Source: a virus | Lineage: Duplodnaviria; Caudoviricetes | Length of the DNA stretch: 44,690 bases | Direction: 5' to 3' (one strand) | IMG/VR virus record: IMGVR_UViG_3300038318_000524 | Location: 1-44,690 of that record | The notes under the pieces: generated by a model | Told to the model about the DNA's origin: nothing | Database searches by the model: none | The model's input: the letters and a program-made list of their open reading frames with translations, nothing else | Program-made: the position numbers and the translations under genes | Part shown: one piece after another, positions 26,656-36,114 of the stretch | Layout: the number at the start of each line of letters is the position of its first letter | Position numbering within the stretch: the stretch's first letter is position 1

Positions 26656-26670
26656 AAGGAGGATTTCGCT

Positions 26671-27033
26671 ATGTCATATAACACAAAAAACTACACCGAA
26701 CAGGGCGGTGAAAAAACCGTCATCGGCGGCACACTGGAAATCAAGGAGGGAGCCTCGGTAACGGGGCTCTCCGCCAATCCTCTTCTCGTAGCAACGGCTG
26801 AAGCTTTAGGTGGTATAAAAGCCGAAGAAGCCACTGTGGGAGATACCGTTGAAGTAAAAATCGGTGAGGACGGAATTCTTTATGTGCCGACATATCCGGT
26901 CGTACCTGAAATACCCATAGCTACAAATCAAGCTGACAGCATAGCCGAGGATACAGCCGCACTTGTCACGGATTTCAATGCCCTACTTGCCAAACTGAAA
27001 GCGGCGGGATTGATGGTGGCAGACGAAGAATGA
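26671..27033 (+). CDS. Head fibre/decoration-like protein
   Basis: YNTKNYTEQGG..., C-terminal DFNALLAKLKAAGLM; directly after capsid. Confidence 0.65.
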   Translation: MSYNTKNYTEQGGEKTVIGGTLEIKEGASVTGLSANPLLVATAEALGGIKAEEATVGDTVEVKIGEDGILYVPTYPVVPEIPIATNQADSIAEDTAALVTDFNALLAKLKAAGLMVADEE

Positions 27034-27052
27034 CTGAAAGGAGGCGGATGGC

Positions 27053-27370
27053 ATGACAACAGATAATCTTCTACCCAAAGTAAAAGCAAACCTAATCCTG
27101 GAGCATGACGCAGACGATGGCATTCTACTGCATTTCATCAAAGCAGCCGTCTCCTATGCGGAGAGTTACCAGCATGTCACTGAGGGCCATTACATTGAAA
27201 ACCCTATGCCACCCACCACGGAACAGGCAGTAATCATGCTGTCGAGTCATTTCTACGAGAGCAGAGATGGCTCTACGGCTGGTTTCTTCGCCGATAGCGT
27301 ACAGGCAGGTCAGCAGGTTTGGAACACGGTAAATTTACTTCTAAGACTCGACCGGGATTGGAAGGTGTGA
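27053..27370 (+). CDS. Head-tail connector (gp6-like)
   Basis: VKANL....DD..L...I.AA, QAVIML.SHFYE.R. Confidence 0.8.
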   Translation: MTTDNLLPKVKANLILEHDADDGILLHFIKAAVSYAESYQHVTEGHYIENPMPPTTEQAVIMLSSHFYESRDGSTAGFFADSVQAGQQVWNTVNLLLRLDRDWKV

Positions 27371-27371
27371 C

Positions 27372-27704
27372 ATGAGCTTTGGAAAGATGAACACCTTTAT
27401 AGACATTGTTGAGAAAGTAACCATAAAAGACTCGGAAGGTTTCAGTACTGAGGTTGACAATATTGTTGCTTCCATCAAAGCATATCGGGAAGGTCGGCAT
27501 GGCACCGAAATATGGGCGAACAGAGCCGCATTTTCGGAAGCCACCGACCTTTTCCGTTTCCGCTCTATTCCCGGTGTCACTGTTACAACCGCAATGCTTA
27601 TTGTTTGTGCAGACGGCCGATTTGAAATTACCTCAGTGGAGGATGTCAAAGGCCGTGGAATGTACATTGAAGTACTCGCCAAGGAGGTGCAACCCAGTGG
27701 CTAA
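27372..27704 (+). CDS. Head closure / head-tail adaptor
   Basis: Size, position, F.FR.IP and F.ITSVEDVKGRGMY.EV. Confidence 0.75.
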   Translation: MSFGKMNTFIDIVEKVTIKDSEGFSTEVDNIVASIKAYREGRHGTEIWANRAAFSEATDLFRFRSIPGVTVTTAMLIVCADGRFEITSVEDVKGRGMYIEVLAKEVQPSG

Positions 27705-28128
27705 AGTAACTATGAAAATGCCGGAGGACTTCCTTCTGAAGGTCTCACGGCTGAACGATAAAACTGATGAAATTATCCCTCGTGTGCTTAAGGCTGGCGG
27801 TGAGGTTGTGCTTGATAAAGTAAAGGCTAATCTCAATTCAGCGGTTGGTCGTGATACAAAGTATCCTTCACGTTCCACCGGCCAGCTTGCGGCGGCATTG
27901 GGACTTTCACCTGCCCTACAGGACAGGGATGGCAACCACAACGTTAAGATCGGCTTTTCTGAACCGCGCCGTGACGGAAACAGCAATGCGAAGATAGCCA
28001 ATATCATCGAATACGGAAAATCGGGGCAACCGGCAAAACCATTCTTGAAGCCAGCGAGAACCACCAGTAGAAAGCCCTGCATCGAAGCGATGAAAGCAAA
28101 GCTGGACGAGGAGGTAAATAAGATATGA
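27697..28128 (+). CDS. HK97 gp10-like neck/tail protein
   Basis: STGQL, IEYGKSGQPAKPFLKPA; GTG start with AAGGAGG. Confidence 0.8.
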   Translation: MAKVTMKMPEDFLLKVSRLNDKTDEIIPRVLKAGGEVVLDKVKANLNSAVGRDTKYPSRSTGQLAAALGLSPALQDRDGNHNVKIGFSEPRRDGNSNAKIANIIEYGKSGQPAKPFLKPARTTSRKPCIEAMKAKLDEEVNKI

Positions 28129-28466
28129 GTCTACTTTCAGATTTAAGTGAAGTCCTGACGCCGTTGAATATCCCTATCGAAACAGGCTTATTCAGCGGTG
28201 TACCTCCTGACGAATATTTGGTCTTTATCCCTCTGACTGATTTGTTTGAAGTTCATGCGGATAACCGACCAGGCTTTGACGTGCAGGAAGTGCGGATATC
28301 TCTGTTCTCAAAAGGCAATTACCAACAGCGGAAAAGGCAGATCACTACGGCTTTGCTGAATGCAGATATTACTGTGACTGAACGACGGTACATCGGGCAC
28401 GAGGACGATACCGGATATCATCATTACGCCATTGATGTGGCAAAATCATACGAAACGGAGGAATAA
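28125..28466 (+). CDS. Tail terminator/completion protein
   Basis: Position before the major tail gene; EDDTGYHHYAID. Confidence 0.7.
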   Translation: MSLLSDLSEVLTPLNIPIETGLFSGVPPDEYLVFIPLTDLFEVHADNRPGFDVQEVRISLFSKGNYQQRKRQITTALLNADITVTERRYIGHEDDTGYHHYAIDVAKSYETEE

Positions 28467-28469
28467 AAC

Positions 28470-29060
28470 ATGGCAACTATCGGTCTTGACAGACTTTACT
28501 ATTCAAAAATAACCGAGGACTCCAACGGCGAAGAAACCTATGCTACGCCGCTTGTCCTCGCTAAAGCCATCACCGCTGAACTCTCGGTTGAGCTGGTGGA
28601 GGCAATTCTGTACGCTGACGACGGTGCCGCTGAAGTTGTAAAAGACTTCAACAGTGGAACGCTCACCCTTGGCGTTGACGACATCGGCCCCACGGCGGCG
28701 GCAGATCTAACCGGCTCATCCACCGATGACAACGGTGTGCTGATTTCTGCCAGCGAAAATGTGGGTACACCCGTTGCGGTAGGCTTCCGTGCTCAGAAGG
28801 CCAACGGCACCTATCGATACTTCTGGCTCTATCGCGTAAAGTTCGGTCTGCCCGCAACGAACCTTCAGACAAAGGCGGATTCCATCACCTTCTCTACGCC
28901 GACCATCGAAGGAACGGTTATGCGAAGGAATAAACTGGACGGCATGGGTAAGCACCCATGGAAAGCGGAGGTCACTGAAGGTGACGCAGGAGTCTCATCC
29001 GGTACCATCACCGGCTGGTTTACTGAAGTTTACGAACCGGTCTACACGCCGGAGCCGTAA
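28470..29060 (+). CDS. Major tail protein (phi13 family)
   Basis: IGLD.LYY, LYADDG, VAVGFRA, YFWLYRVKF. Confidence 0.88.
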   Translation: MATIGLDRLYYSKITEDSNGEETYATPLVLAKAITAELSVELVEAILYADDGAAEVVKDFNSGTLTLGVDDIGPTAAADLTGSSTDDNGVLISASENVGTPVAVGFRAQKANGTYRYFWLYRVKFGLPATNLQTKADSITFSTPTIEGTVMRRNKLDGMGKHPWKAEVTEGDAGVSSGTITGWFTEVYEPVYTPEP

Positions 29061-29073
29061 GGAGGATTGAACT

Positions 29074-29478
29074 ATGGATAATGAGCGAAGCGCCGCTATC
29101 AAAATCGGCGACAAAGAGTATGAACTGGTTCTGACCACACGTGCGACAAAGGCCATTGCCGGTCGATATGGCGGGCTTGAAAATCTCGGGGAAAAACTGA
29201 TGAAATCAGAGAACTTTGAAATGGCGCTGGACGAGATTGTTTGGCTTATTACGCTGCTTGCAAATCAGTCCATCTTGATTCGCAACCTTAAGAATAAGAA
29301 TGCCCCGGAGGAACTTCTCACTGAGGAGGAAGTGGAACTTCTCACTTCACCACTTGACTTGGCAGCGTATAAAAATGCAATTACCGAAGCGATGTTCAAA
29401 GGTACAAAGCGCGATGTGGAAAGTGAGGAAGATAGCGTCACCGGGGGTGCCGCATCAAAAAACGTGGAAGTCGGGTAA
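29074..29478 (+). CDS. Tail assembly chaperone (gpG-like)
   Basis: Position between major tail and tape measure genes; ends at a slippery site. Confidence 0.8.
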   Translation: MDNERSAAIKIGDKEYELVLTTRATKAIAGRYGGLENLGEKLMKSENFEMALDEIVWLITLLANQSILIRNLKNKNAPEELLTEEEVELLTSPLDLAAYKNAITEAMFKGTKRDVESEEDSVTGGAASKNVEVG

Positions 29479-29666
29479 CGGACTCAGAGGTCTTTACCCG
29501 GCTTCTTTATTATGGAACAGTTCAAATGGGCATGGACGCAGAGGAATTCTGGCTCATGCCTATTGGACTGTTTTTTGATTTATGGGCGTGCCACAAACAA
29601 TGGCACGGCATTGAAAAGCCGAAAAAAATCCGAACAATTGACGATATTATCCCGCCGGGAATTTAA
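29457..29666 (+). CDS. -1 frameshift extension of the tail chaperone (gpGT-like)
   Basis: A AAA AAC at 29457-29463; the -1 frame is open to TAA 29666 (RGSRVTDSEVFTRLLYYG...EFWLMPIG...IDDIIPPGI). Confidence 0.75.
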   Translation, partial: KKRGSRVTDSEVFTRLLYYGTVQMGMDAEEFWLMPIGLFFDLWACHKQWHGIEKPKKIRTIDDIIPPGI

Positions 29667-29690
29667 AAATGTTGTAAATTGTGATATACT
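29662..29690 (+). promoter_or_regulatory. SigA-type moron promoter
   Basis: TTTAAA-17 nt-TATACT with extended TGn. Confidence 0.55.
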
Positions 29691-29727
29691 TCCATTACAC
29701 ACTAACGAATTTTGAAGGTGGTATGGA

Positions 29728-30321
29728 ATGAGCGTCATATTCGCCATTAAAGACGAGGGGAAAATCATCCTCGTCGCCGACAAACGGGGTTCAGGAAAGG
29801 ACGGGCGACTGATAACCGACGACATGAAGAAAGTCGCAGCGGTCAACAGTCAGCTGGCCTTTGCCTCGGCGGGAAACGCTGTGTTTGGAACGCTGGTGGA
29901 AATGGATGTCGCCAAGCTGGCGGAGAAAGAGATTTTAACGACAGACGATTTGGCGAGAATCATTCGGGACGCTCACCAGAAGATCCAGGACATTGGAGTG
30001 CTGAATAAGCTGAAAATGTCGTCGTCATTTTACTTCCTCATCGCAGGCAAAGACCAAAACGGTAGCGCGTGCCTGATTTCTGGTGGAAACCCCAAGGGAA
30101 AGCTGGACATGAGCGAGGTCCCGATGGCGCTCTACCCACCCGATGGTGCGGACTTAAAACAGTGTTGCGAGATATTTGCGAAGAATTACAAGTTCCACCA
30201 CGAGGATTTTGTGGAGCGCACTGTGCGTGAGATTTCGGCAATAAGCCCTTATGTGAGCCCAACAGGCGATCAGTGGGTCTATGATATCGCGGCTGGCAAA
30301 GGAACGTTAAAGTCCTTTTAA
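29728..30321 (+). CDS. Proteasome beta-subunit-like Ntn hydrolase (moron)
   Basis: After Met removal: Ser1, Asp17, Arg19, Lys33/34, Gly48, matching proteasome/HslV spacing. Confidence 0.65.
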   Translation: MSVIFAIKDEGKIILVADKRGSGKDGRLITDDMKKVAAVNSQLAFASAGNAVFGTLVEMDVAKLAEKEILTTDDLARIIRDAHQKIQDIGVLNKLKMSSSFYFLIAGKDQNGSACLISGGNPKGKLDMSEVPMALYPPDGADLKQCCEIFAKNYKFHHEDFVERTVREISAISPYVSPTGDQWVYDIAAGKGTLKSF

Positions 30322-30343
30322 ACTTAAAAAATATCTATTTCAA

Positions 30344-30370
30344 GAGCAACCGAAAGGCTGCTCCTTTTTT
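30344..30370 (+). terminator. Intrinsic terminator of the moron
   Basis: GAGCAACC-GAAA-GGCTGCTC then CTTTTTT. Confidence 0.65.
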
Positions 30371-30394
30371 ATGCCCAAAAGGAGGTGAGCACAG

Positions 30395-32815
30395 ATGGCG
30401 GACAATTTTGGCCTGAAAATAGGCATTGAGGGCGAACGCGAGTTTAAGAACGCTCTTCGCGACATCAACCAATCTTTTAAGGTGCTGGGCAGTGAAATGA
30501 CGCTCGTCACCAGCCAGTTTGATAAAAACGATAAGTCTGTGCAAGCGGTCACCGCCCGTAACGCTACGCTGAATAAGGAAATCGATGCACAGAAGAGCAA
30601 GATTGAAACCCTGCGTGCCGCTCTGCAGAACGCCTCGGAGTCCTTTGGCGAGAACGACCGCCGCACTCAGAACTGGCAGATTCAGCTGAACAAAGCACAA
30701 GCAGAACTCAACGGCATGGAGCGTGAACTTGAGCAGTCCACAATCGAAGCGGATAATCTCGGTGATGAATTAGACGATTCAGGTAAAAGCGCGGAAGATG
30801 CCGGTGGCAAGTTTGACAAGCTCGGTGGCATACTTAAGGGCATCGGTGTTGCGATGGGCGCAGTTGCCGTCGCCGCCGGTGCTGCCGCAATCAAGCTGGG
30901 CAAAGAAGTCGTACAACAATTCGGCGAGTTGGAACAAAACCTCGGTGGCTCGGAGGCGGTTTTTGGTGCATACGCCGCGTCGATTCAGAAAACCGGTGAG
31001 GAAGCATATAGAAACCTCGGTGTTTCCCAAAGTGAGTATCTCGCTACTGCCAACAAAATGGGTGCGTTGTTCCAAGGGTCTGGTATACAGCAACAGAAAA
31101 GCCTTGAGCTAACTGAAAAGGCCATGCAGCGGGCGGCGGATATGGCTTCTGTTATGGGCGTTGATATGCAAATGGCACTGGACTCGGTGGCGGGCGCAGC
31201 AAAAGGCAACTTCACCATGATGGATAATCTCGGTGTTGCTATGAACGCTACCAATATCCAAGCATATGCTCTCGCAAAGGGTCTGGATTTTACTTGGAAC
31301 ACCGCCACGCAAGCGGAAAAAGCCGAAATCGCAATGCAGATGTTTTTTGAGAACACGGAGCAGTATGCGGGTAACTTTGCGCGTGAATCAACTCAGACAA
31401 TAACCGGCTCTATTGGCATGTTACAAGCCGCTCTTGGCTCCTTTACAGGCGGACTTGGTAATGCCAACACCGACATGACCAATCTGACGGAAAACCTCGT
31501 GGATGCTTTCCGCGCGGTTGTCGCAAACATCGTACCTGTTTTGGAAAACATCGTAACCGCGCTCCCGCCTGCGTTCGATGCGATACTAACTGCGGTGGGT
31601 GACCTGCTTCCTATGTTGCTCGAAACTGTCATGAGCTTGTTCACGCAGGTGCTTGAGACGCTTCTGAACTTACTGCCGGAGCTTATCCCAGCGGCGGTTG
31701 ACGCTGTAATGACGATTGTCGGAGCGTTGATTGACAGCCTGCCACTTCTTATCGATGCCGCAGTGCAACTGGTCACGGCTTTGGTACAAGGCATAGGAAA
31801 CGCGCTGCCTAAACTGATTCCGGCGGCAGTTACTGCAATCACGACGATTGTTCAAGGATTGATAGATAACCTGCCAATGCTGCTGGACGCGGCCTTGCAG
31901 TTGATTATAGGATTGGCGCAGGGATTAGTTGATGCAATACCTCAGCTTGTTTCTGCCTTGCCCGCCATCATCGAAGCACTGGTGGATTTCCTGATTAAAT
32001 CCATTCCACAGATCGTCGATGCGGGTATTCAATTGCTGACCTCACTGGTGACAGCACTGCCTACAATCATTACAGCAGTTGTGGAAGCCATCCCACAAAT
32101 CATTGACAGTATTATCAGCGCAGTCATTGGGTCGATTCCCATGATCATTGACGCAGGCATTCGGCTTCTGATATCGCTGATACAGGCACTCCCTCAGATT
32201 ATTACTACTGTTGTAGCGGCGATTCCGCAGATCGTAACCTCGCTGGTAAATGCCATTGTTGGGAACATCTACAAGATCATTCTGGCTGGTGTTCAGTTGT
32301 TTATTGCCTTGATTGCTAATCTGCCAAAAATCATCGTCGAGGTGGTCAAAGCAGTACCGCAGATCATCACGGGTCTGGTCAAGGCATTCACCGGCTATAT
32401 CAGTCAGATGGCGCAGGTTGGTGGCAATCTCATCAAGGGGCTGTGGAACGGCATATCCGATGCGGGTACATGGCTATGGAATAAGATCTCCGGGTTTTTC
32501 GGCAATGTGGTGTCGAAGATTAAAAACTTCTTCGGCATCAAATCCCCCTCTGCTCTCTTTGCCGGAATTGGCCACAATATGGGCGAAGGCATCGGTGTGG
32601 GCTTTGAAGATGCAATGGCAGCAGTTTCAAGGGATATGCAGAATGCAGTGCCCACAAGCTTCGATTTAAATTATAGAAGTTTATCCGGGCAAGGCAGTGC
32701 CACCGGCACAAGCATCACGCAAAACCTATCTGTGGTGACACCAAAAGCACTGTCCGAAAAAGAACTGGCACGGGAGTTCAAAAACCTGTCCCGCAAGCTG
32801 GCACTTGAATATTAA
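30395..32815 (+). CDS. Tape measure protein
   Basis: 806 aa helical; N-terminal IGIEGE.EFK; periodic LP.I...G repeats; C-terminal FGIKSPS. Confidence 0.9.
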   Translation: MADNFGLKIGIEGEREFKNALRDINQSFKVLGSEMTLVTSQFDKNDKSVQAVTARNATLNKEIDAQKSKIETLRAALQNASESFGENDRRTQNWQIQLNKAQAELNGMERELEQSTIEADNLGDELDDSGKSAEDAGGKFDKLGGILKGIGVAMGAVAVAAGAAAIKLGKEVVQQFGELEQNLGGSEAVFGAYAASIQKTGEEAYRNLGVSQSEYLATANKMGALFQGSGIQQQKSLELTEKAMQRAADMASVMGVDMQMALDSVAGAAKGNFTMMDNLGVAMNATNIQAYALAKGLDFTWNTATQAEKAEIAMQMFFENTEQYAGNFARESTQTITGSIGMLQAALGSFTGGLGNANTDMTNLTENLVDAFRAVVANIVPVLENIVTALPPAFDAILTAVGDLLPMLLETVMSLFTQVLETLLNLLPELIPAAVDAVMTIVGALIDSLPLLIDAAVQLVTALVQGIGNALPKLIPAAVTAITTIVQGLIDNLPMLLDAALQLIIGLAQGLVDAIPQLVSALPAIIEALVDFLIKSIPQIVDAGIQLLTSLVTALPTIITAVVEAIPQIIDSIISAVIGSIPMIIDAGIRLLISLIQALPQIITTVVAAIPQIVTSLVNAIVGNIYKIILAGVQLFIALIANLPKIIVEVVKAVPQIITGLVKAFTGYISQMAQVGGNLIKGLWNGISDAGTWLWNKISGFFGNVVSKIKNFFGIKSPSALFAGIGHNMGEGIGVGFEDAMAAVSRDMQNAVPTSFDLNYRSLSGQGSATGTSITQNLSVVTPKALSEKELAREFKNLSRKLALEY

Positions 32816-32828
32816 AGGAGGTCTGACT

Positions 32829-33680
32829 GTGGAACTAACATATATCAATGCGGACGGCAGGAGCATTACGCTCAAACAAAGCCGTCCGTATTTTCTTAAG
32901 AAAATAGACGGCACGGGCAATATACGTCAGACCGTCAACACCTTCAAGGCACCGAATCAGGACGGTGCTTTTTATATTTCCTCCACACTGGATATGCGAA
33001 ATATCATACTGGAGGGTACGGTTGTAGCAGATACACCTGACGATGCCTATGCACGGAGGCAGCTTTTTCTTAAGATATTTAGCCCTAAACTGAATGGAAT
33101 GCTTCAATACCGTGAACGGCAAATTGCCTGCGTTGTCGAGGAGGCGGGGTTTACAGTTTCCACCCGGCAGCGAATACCTAACTTTTTCGTCAGCCTCCTT
33201 TGCCCCTCTCCCTTCTTCGAGACACTGGATGAAGTGCGTGAGGAACTGGCATCTTGGATACCATTACTCGAATTTGAACTGGAGATACCTGAAAGCGGCA
33301 TGGAGTTTGGAATGCGCCAGCCCAGCCAGATTATCACGGTTGAAAACATCGGTGATGTTTCCTGCGGGTGTGAGATCGTGTTCCAGGCATTGGGGACGGT
33401 CACGAATCCGGAACTCTTAAACATTGACACAGGTGAATACATCCGTCTCCTTACTACAATGAATGCCGGGGATGAACTTCGTGTATATACCCATTTCGCG
33501 GGTAAGCGTGTGGTCAGCATCAACGGCTCGTCGGTGACGAATGCTTTCTCGCTGCTGGATACCGGTTCGACATTCTTTCAGCTTGCCGCGGGAGTCAACA
33601 CCTTACGCTACGATGCTTCGGTCAATATGGAACTTCTGGAAGTTAGCATTTACTTTCGTCCGCAGTTTCTGGGGGTATGA
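32829..33680 (+). CDS. Distal tail protein
   Basis: Follows tape measure; QDG, R.I...G, CPSPFF, N.GDV, F.L..G.N. Confidence 0.8.
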   Translation: MELTYINADGRSITLKQSRPYFLKKIDGTGNIRQTVNTFKAPNQDGAFYISSTLDMRNIILEGTVVADTPDDAYARRQLFLKIFSPKLNGMLQYRERQIACVVEEAGFTVSTRQRIPNFFVSLLCPSPFFETLDEVREELASWIPLLEFELEIPESGMEFGMRQPSQIITVENIGDVSCGCEIVFQALGTVTNPELLNIDTGEYIRLLTTMNAGDELRVYTHFAGKRVVSINGSSVTNAFSLLDTGSTFFQLAAGVNTLRYDASVNMELLEVSIYFRPQFLGV

Positions 33681-35581
33681 ACATGCAACTATATATTTAT
33701 GACTATAATCGTGAACTCTCTGGTATTGTGGAGTCTTTCGAATACCTGCGCTGGACGCGGCGTTACTCGCAGTGTGGCTCATTTGAGTTAAAAGCCATAG
33801 CAACACCGGAAAATACTGCACTCTTAAAAGAAGGAAACTTCATCTGGAAAAACGATGATGAGGAAGCCGGGATTATTGAACATCTGGAATTGTCTCAGAC
33901 CGAGCAAGAAATTATCACGGCGAGCGGCCGCTTTGCGACTTCCTTCCTCTCCCGCCGTATTGTGTGGGGCACAGAGAAGTTGTCCGGTGACTTATCTGTC
34001 TGTGTGGAGCAGCTATTAGATAATAATCTCATCAGCCCTACCGATACGAATCGGCAAATAACCGGGGTATCTTTCTCATCCCCGAACTTGAGCATCCCCG
34101 TTAGTACCCAGATATCCTACCGAAATCTGATGGATGCAGTGACGGGACTATGCGCGGCTTCAGACATCGGGATTAAGACTGTGTTCAATCCGGCAACGGG
34201 TATTTTTACGGTAACGCTGTATAGGGGTGCTGACTCGCAGGCGGTATTTTCCAAGGAGTACGAGAATTTGACGGAACAGAGCTATACCGAGAGTGCGGCG
34301 GATTACGCCAACACTGCTCTCATCGGCGGCGAGGGCGAAGGAGAAAACCGCACCTTTGTCGCCATTACAAGCGGCTCCGGCGAGACTCGGCGTGAAATCT
34401 TCGTGGACGCCAAAGACCTGCAGGCGGCGGACTTCGGTACGGGTTATACCGACGCGCTGATTTTTCGAGGCCAGAGCAAGCTGAGTGAACAGGCGATCCA
34501 CTACTCCTTCGATACATCGGTTAACCCGCACGGCAACTTGACCTACAAGATAGATTTTGACCTTGGGCAGAGCGTTCAGGTCATCTCCAAGGCATGGGGC
34601 GTATCCATGACGACGCGCATCACCGAGATTGAAGAAACCTATGATGCAGACGGCCAGAGTATCAGTGTAGTGTTCGGAAAGGCTGAACTGACAATAGCGC
34701 AAAAAATCCGCTCCGACATGAGCGAGGTCAAAACAGCGCTGTCGGCCCCGACCGGTATATCCGAAGTGGCAGAAGCCATTGGCGTCGTGGAAGAGACGCT
34801 TAGTACTGTAGAGGAAACTTTGGGCGATTTGATGGTAGTAAATCCACAAATCAAGGGTGATGATTTTGCAAACACCATTAATAACCTGTTTGGAAAAGTT
34901 CCGGCACTTGAAATAATTGTAGGCGAGGGCACTACATCTATCGGTCAATACGCCTTGCACAATATGGTGCCGGGAGATGCCTTTTATTTCACCTCGTGGA
35001 GCGGCAACAAGTTTAGTGACCAGCCAAGTGAAGATGGACATGTCTTTCTCATAAAGCACAACGGGGATAACACGGGAAATGGATTTCAGCGAGCGATGGG
35101 ATTCTTTATATCCCGAAACACTATGACATTTTATGTGATTTCTGTTTTCGTGTTCAATAATCCGTCCGGGCAGGCAAACTGGCTCAACATCAATAATGAA
35201 CCAATAACCACGGCGAGGATTGCAAACGCTGCTGTGACTACCGCAAAGACAGCCCAGGAAGCTAACACTGCACTCACTTACTCACTTGGAAGTGACGTGA
35301 CAATGGGTATGAATATGTCGTTTGTTAATAAGGGTGTCGTTTCAATCGGAATGCAGGTAAACGTTGGTGCTTCGGGAGTCGCCTCCGGCGGCACAATTCT
35401 AACAATAACAAATACGAACTTTTACCCTTACTCGACAGTACGCACAGTGGCGACTGCGGTGGGTGGCAGCGGCACCAATATGCCGATTACAATCAACGCA
35501 AGTGGCGTGGTGGCGAACGCCGCCGCATCCACATTACCTGTAGGTTTTTATATGATATCTTGCTCTTACGCAAGGGCTTAA
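33677..35581 (+). CDS. Tail-tip/baseplate hub protein (ReqiPepy6 Gp37-like) with C-terminal extension
   Basis: SFEYLRWTRRY..CG.FEL, GEGEG..R, RREIFVDA.D, DFDLGQ.V. Confidence 0.78.
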   Translation: MNMQLYIYDYNRELSGIVESFEYLRWTRRYSQCGSFELKAIATPENTALLKEGNFIWKNDDEEAGIIEHLELSQTEQEIITASGRFATSFLSRRIVWGTEKLSGDLSVCVEQLLDNNLISPTDTNRQITGVSFSSPNLSIPVSTQISYRNLMDAVTGLCAASDIGIKTVFNPATGIFTVTLYRGADSQAVFSKEYENLTEQSYTESAADYANTALIGGEGEGENRTFVAITSGSGETRREIFVDAKDLQAADFGTGYTDALIFRGQSKLSEQAIHYSFDTSVNPHGNLTYKIDFDLGQSVQVISKAWGVSMTTRITEIEETYDADGQSISVVFGKAELTIAQKIRSDMSEVKTALSAPTGISEVAEAIGVVEETLSTVEETLGDLMVVNPQIKGDDFANTINNLFGKVPALEIIVGEGTTSIGQYALHNMVPGDAFYFTSWSGNKFSDQPSEDGHVFLIKHNGDNTGNGFQRAMGFFISRNTMTFYVISVFVFNNPSGQANWLNINNEPITTARIANAAVTTAKTAQEANTALTYSLGSDVTMGMNMSFVNKGVVSIGMQVNVGASGVASGGTILTITNTNFYPYSTVRTVATAVGGSGTNMPITINASGVVANAAASTLPVGFYMISCSYARA

Positions 35582-35596
35582 TGGAGGGAAAACAAT

Positions 35597-36100
35597 ATGG
35601 AGAAAAGCGGTTTTTTCAACTCATCCGATGGGGACAGGATTTACGACGCTGCCGATTTTGCGGCATATTTCGGAAGCCTTGTCTCCAACGGTGTTTTTTA
35701 TATGACAGCAACAAACCTGCAGGTGTCACCGTCGATTGGTTTGGCTGTGATTGTGGCGGCGGGAAGTGCGTGGATTAACGGATACCGTTATGAAAATACG
35801 GATGATTTAAACCTTCCGCTGACAACGGCAAACGGGAGCAATCCCCGCATTGACCGCATTGTTGTCCGCCTAAGCCAGATCAGCCGAAGCATTCAGATCG
35901 CCGTTGTTGACGGAACTCCCGCTGCAACACCTGTGGCTCCGGCTTTGACAAGAACCAGCGATGTGTATGAGCTTTGCCTCGCCGATGTGCTTGTACCGAC
36001 GGCGGCCACATCAATAGTTTCAAATAACATCGTGGATACCCGATTGAATACCGGCATTTGCGGTTTAGTAAACTCGCTGGTTTCGGCAGTCTATGAATAA
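35597..36100 (+). CDS. Baseplate/tail fibre N-terminal-type structural protein
   Basis: EKSGFFNS..GDR.Y, G.AWING, RIDRIV.RL, DTR....CG.V. Confidence 0.7.
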   Translation: MEKSGFFNSSDGDRIYDAADFAAYFGSLVSNGVFYMTATNLQVSPSIGLAVIVAAGSAWINGYRYENTDDLNLPLTTANGSNPRIDRIVVRLSQISRSIQIAVVDGTPAATPVAPALTRTSDVYELCLADVLVPTAATSIVSNNIVDTRLNTGICGLVNSLVSAVYE

Positions 36101-36114
36101 GGGGGTGAACGACG

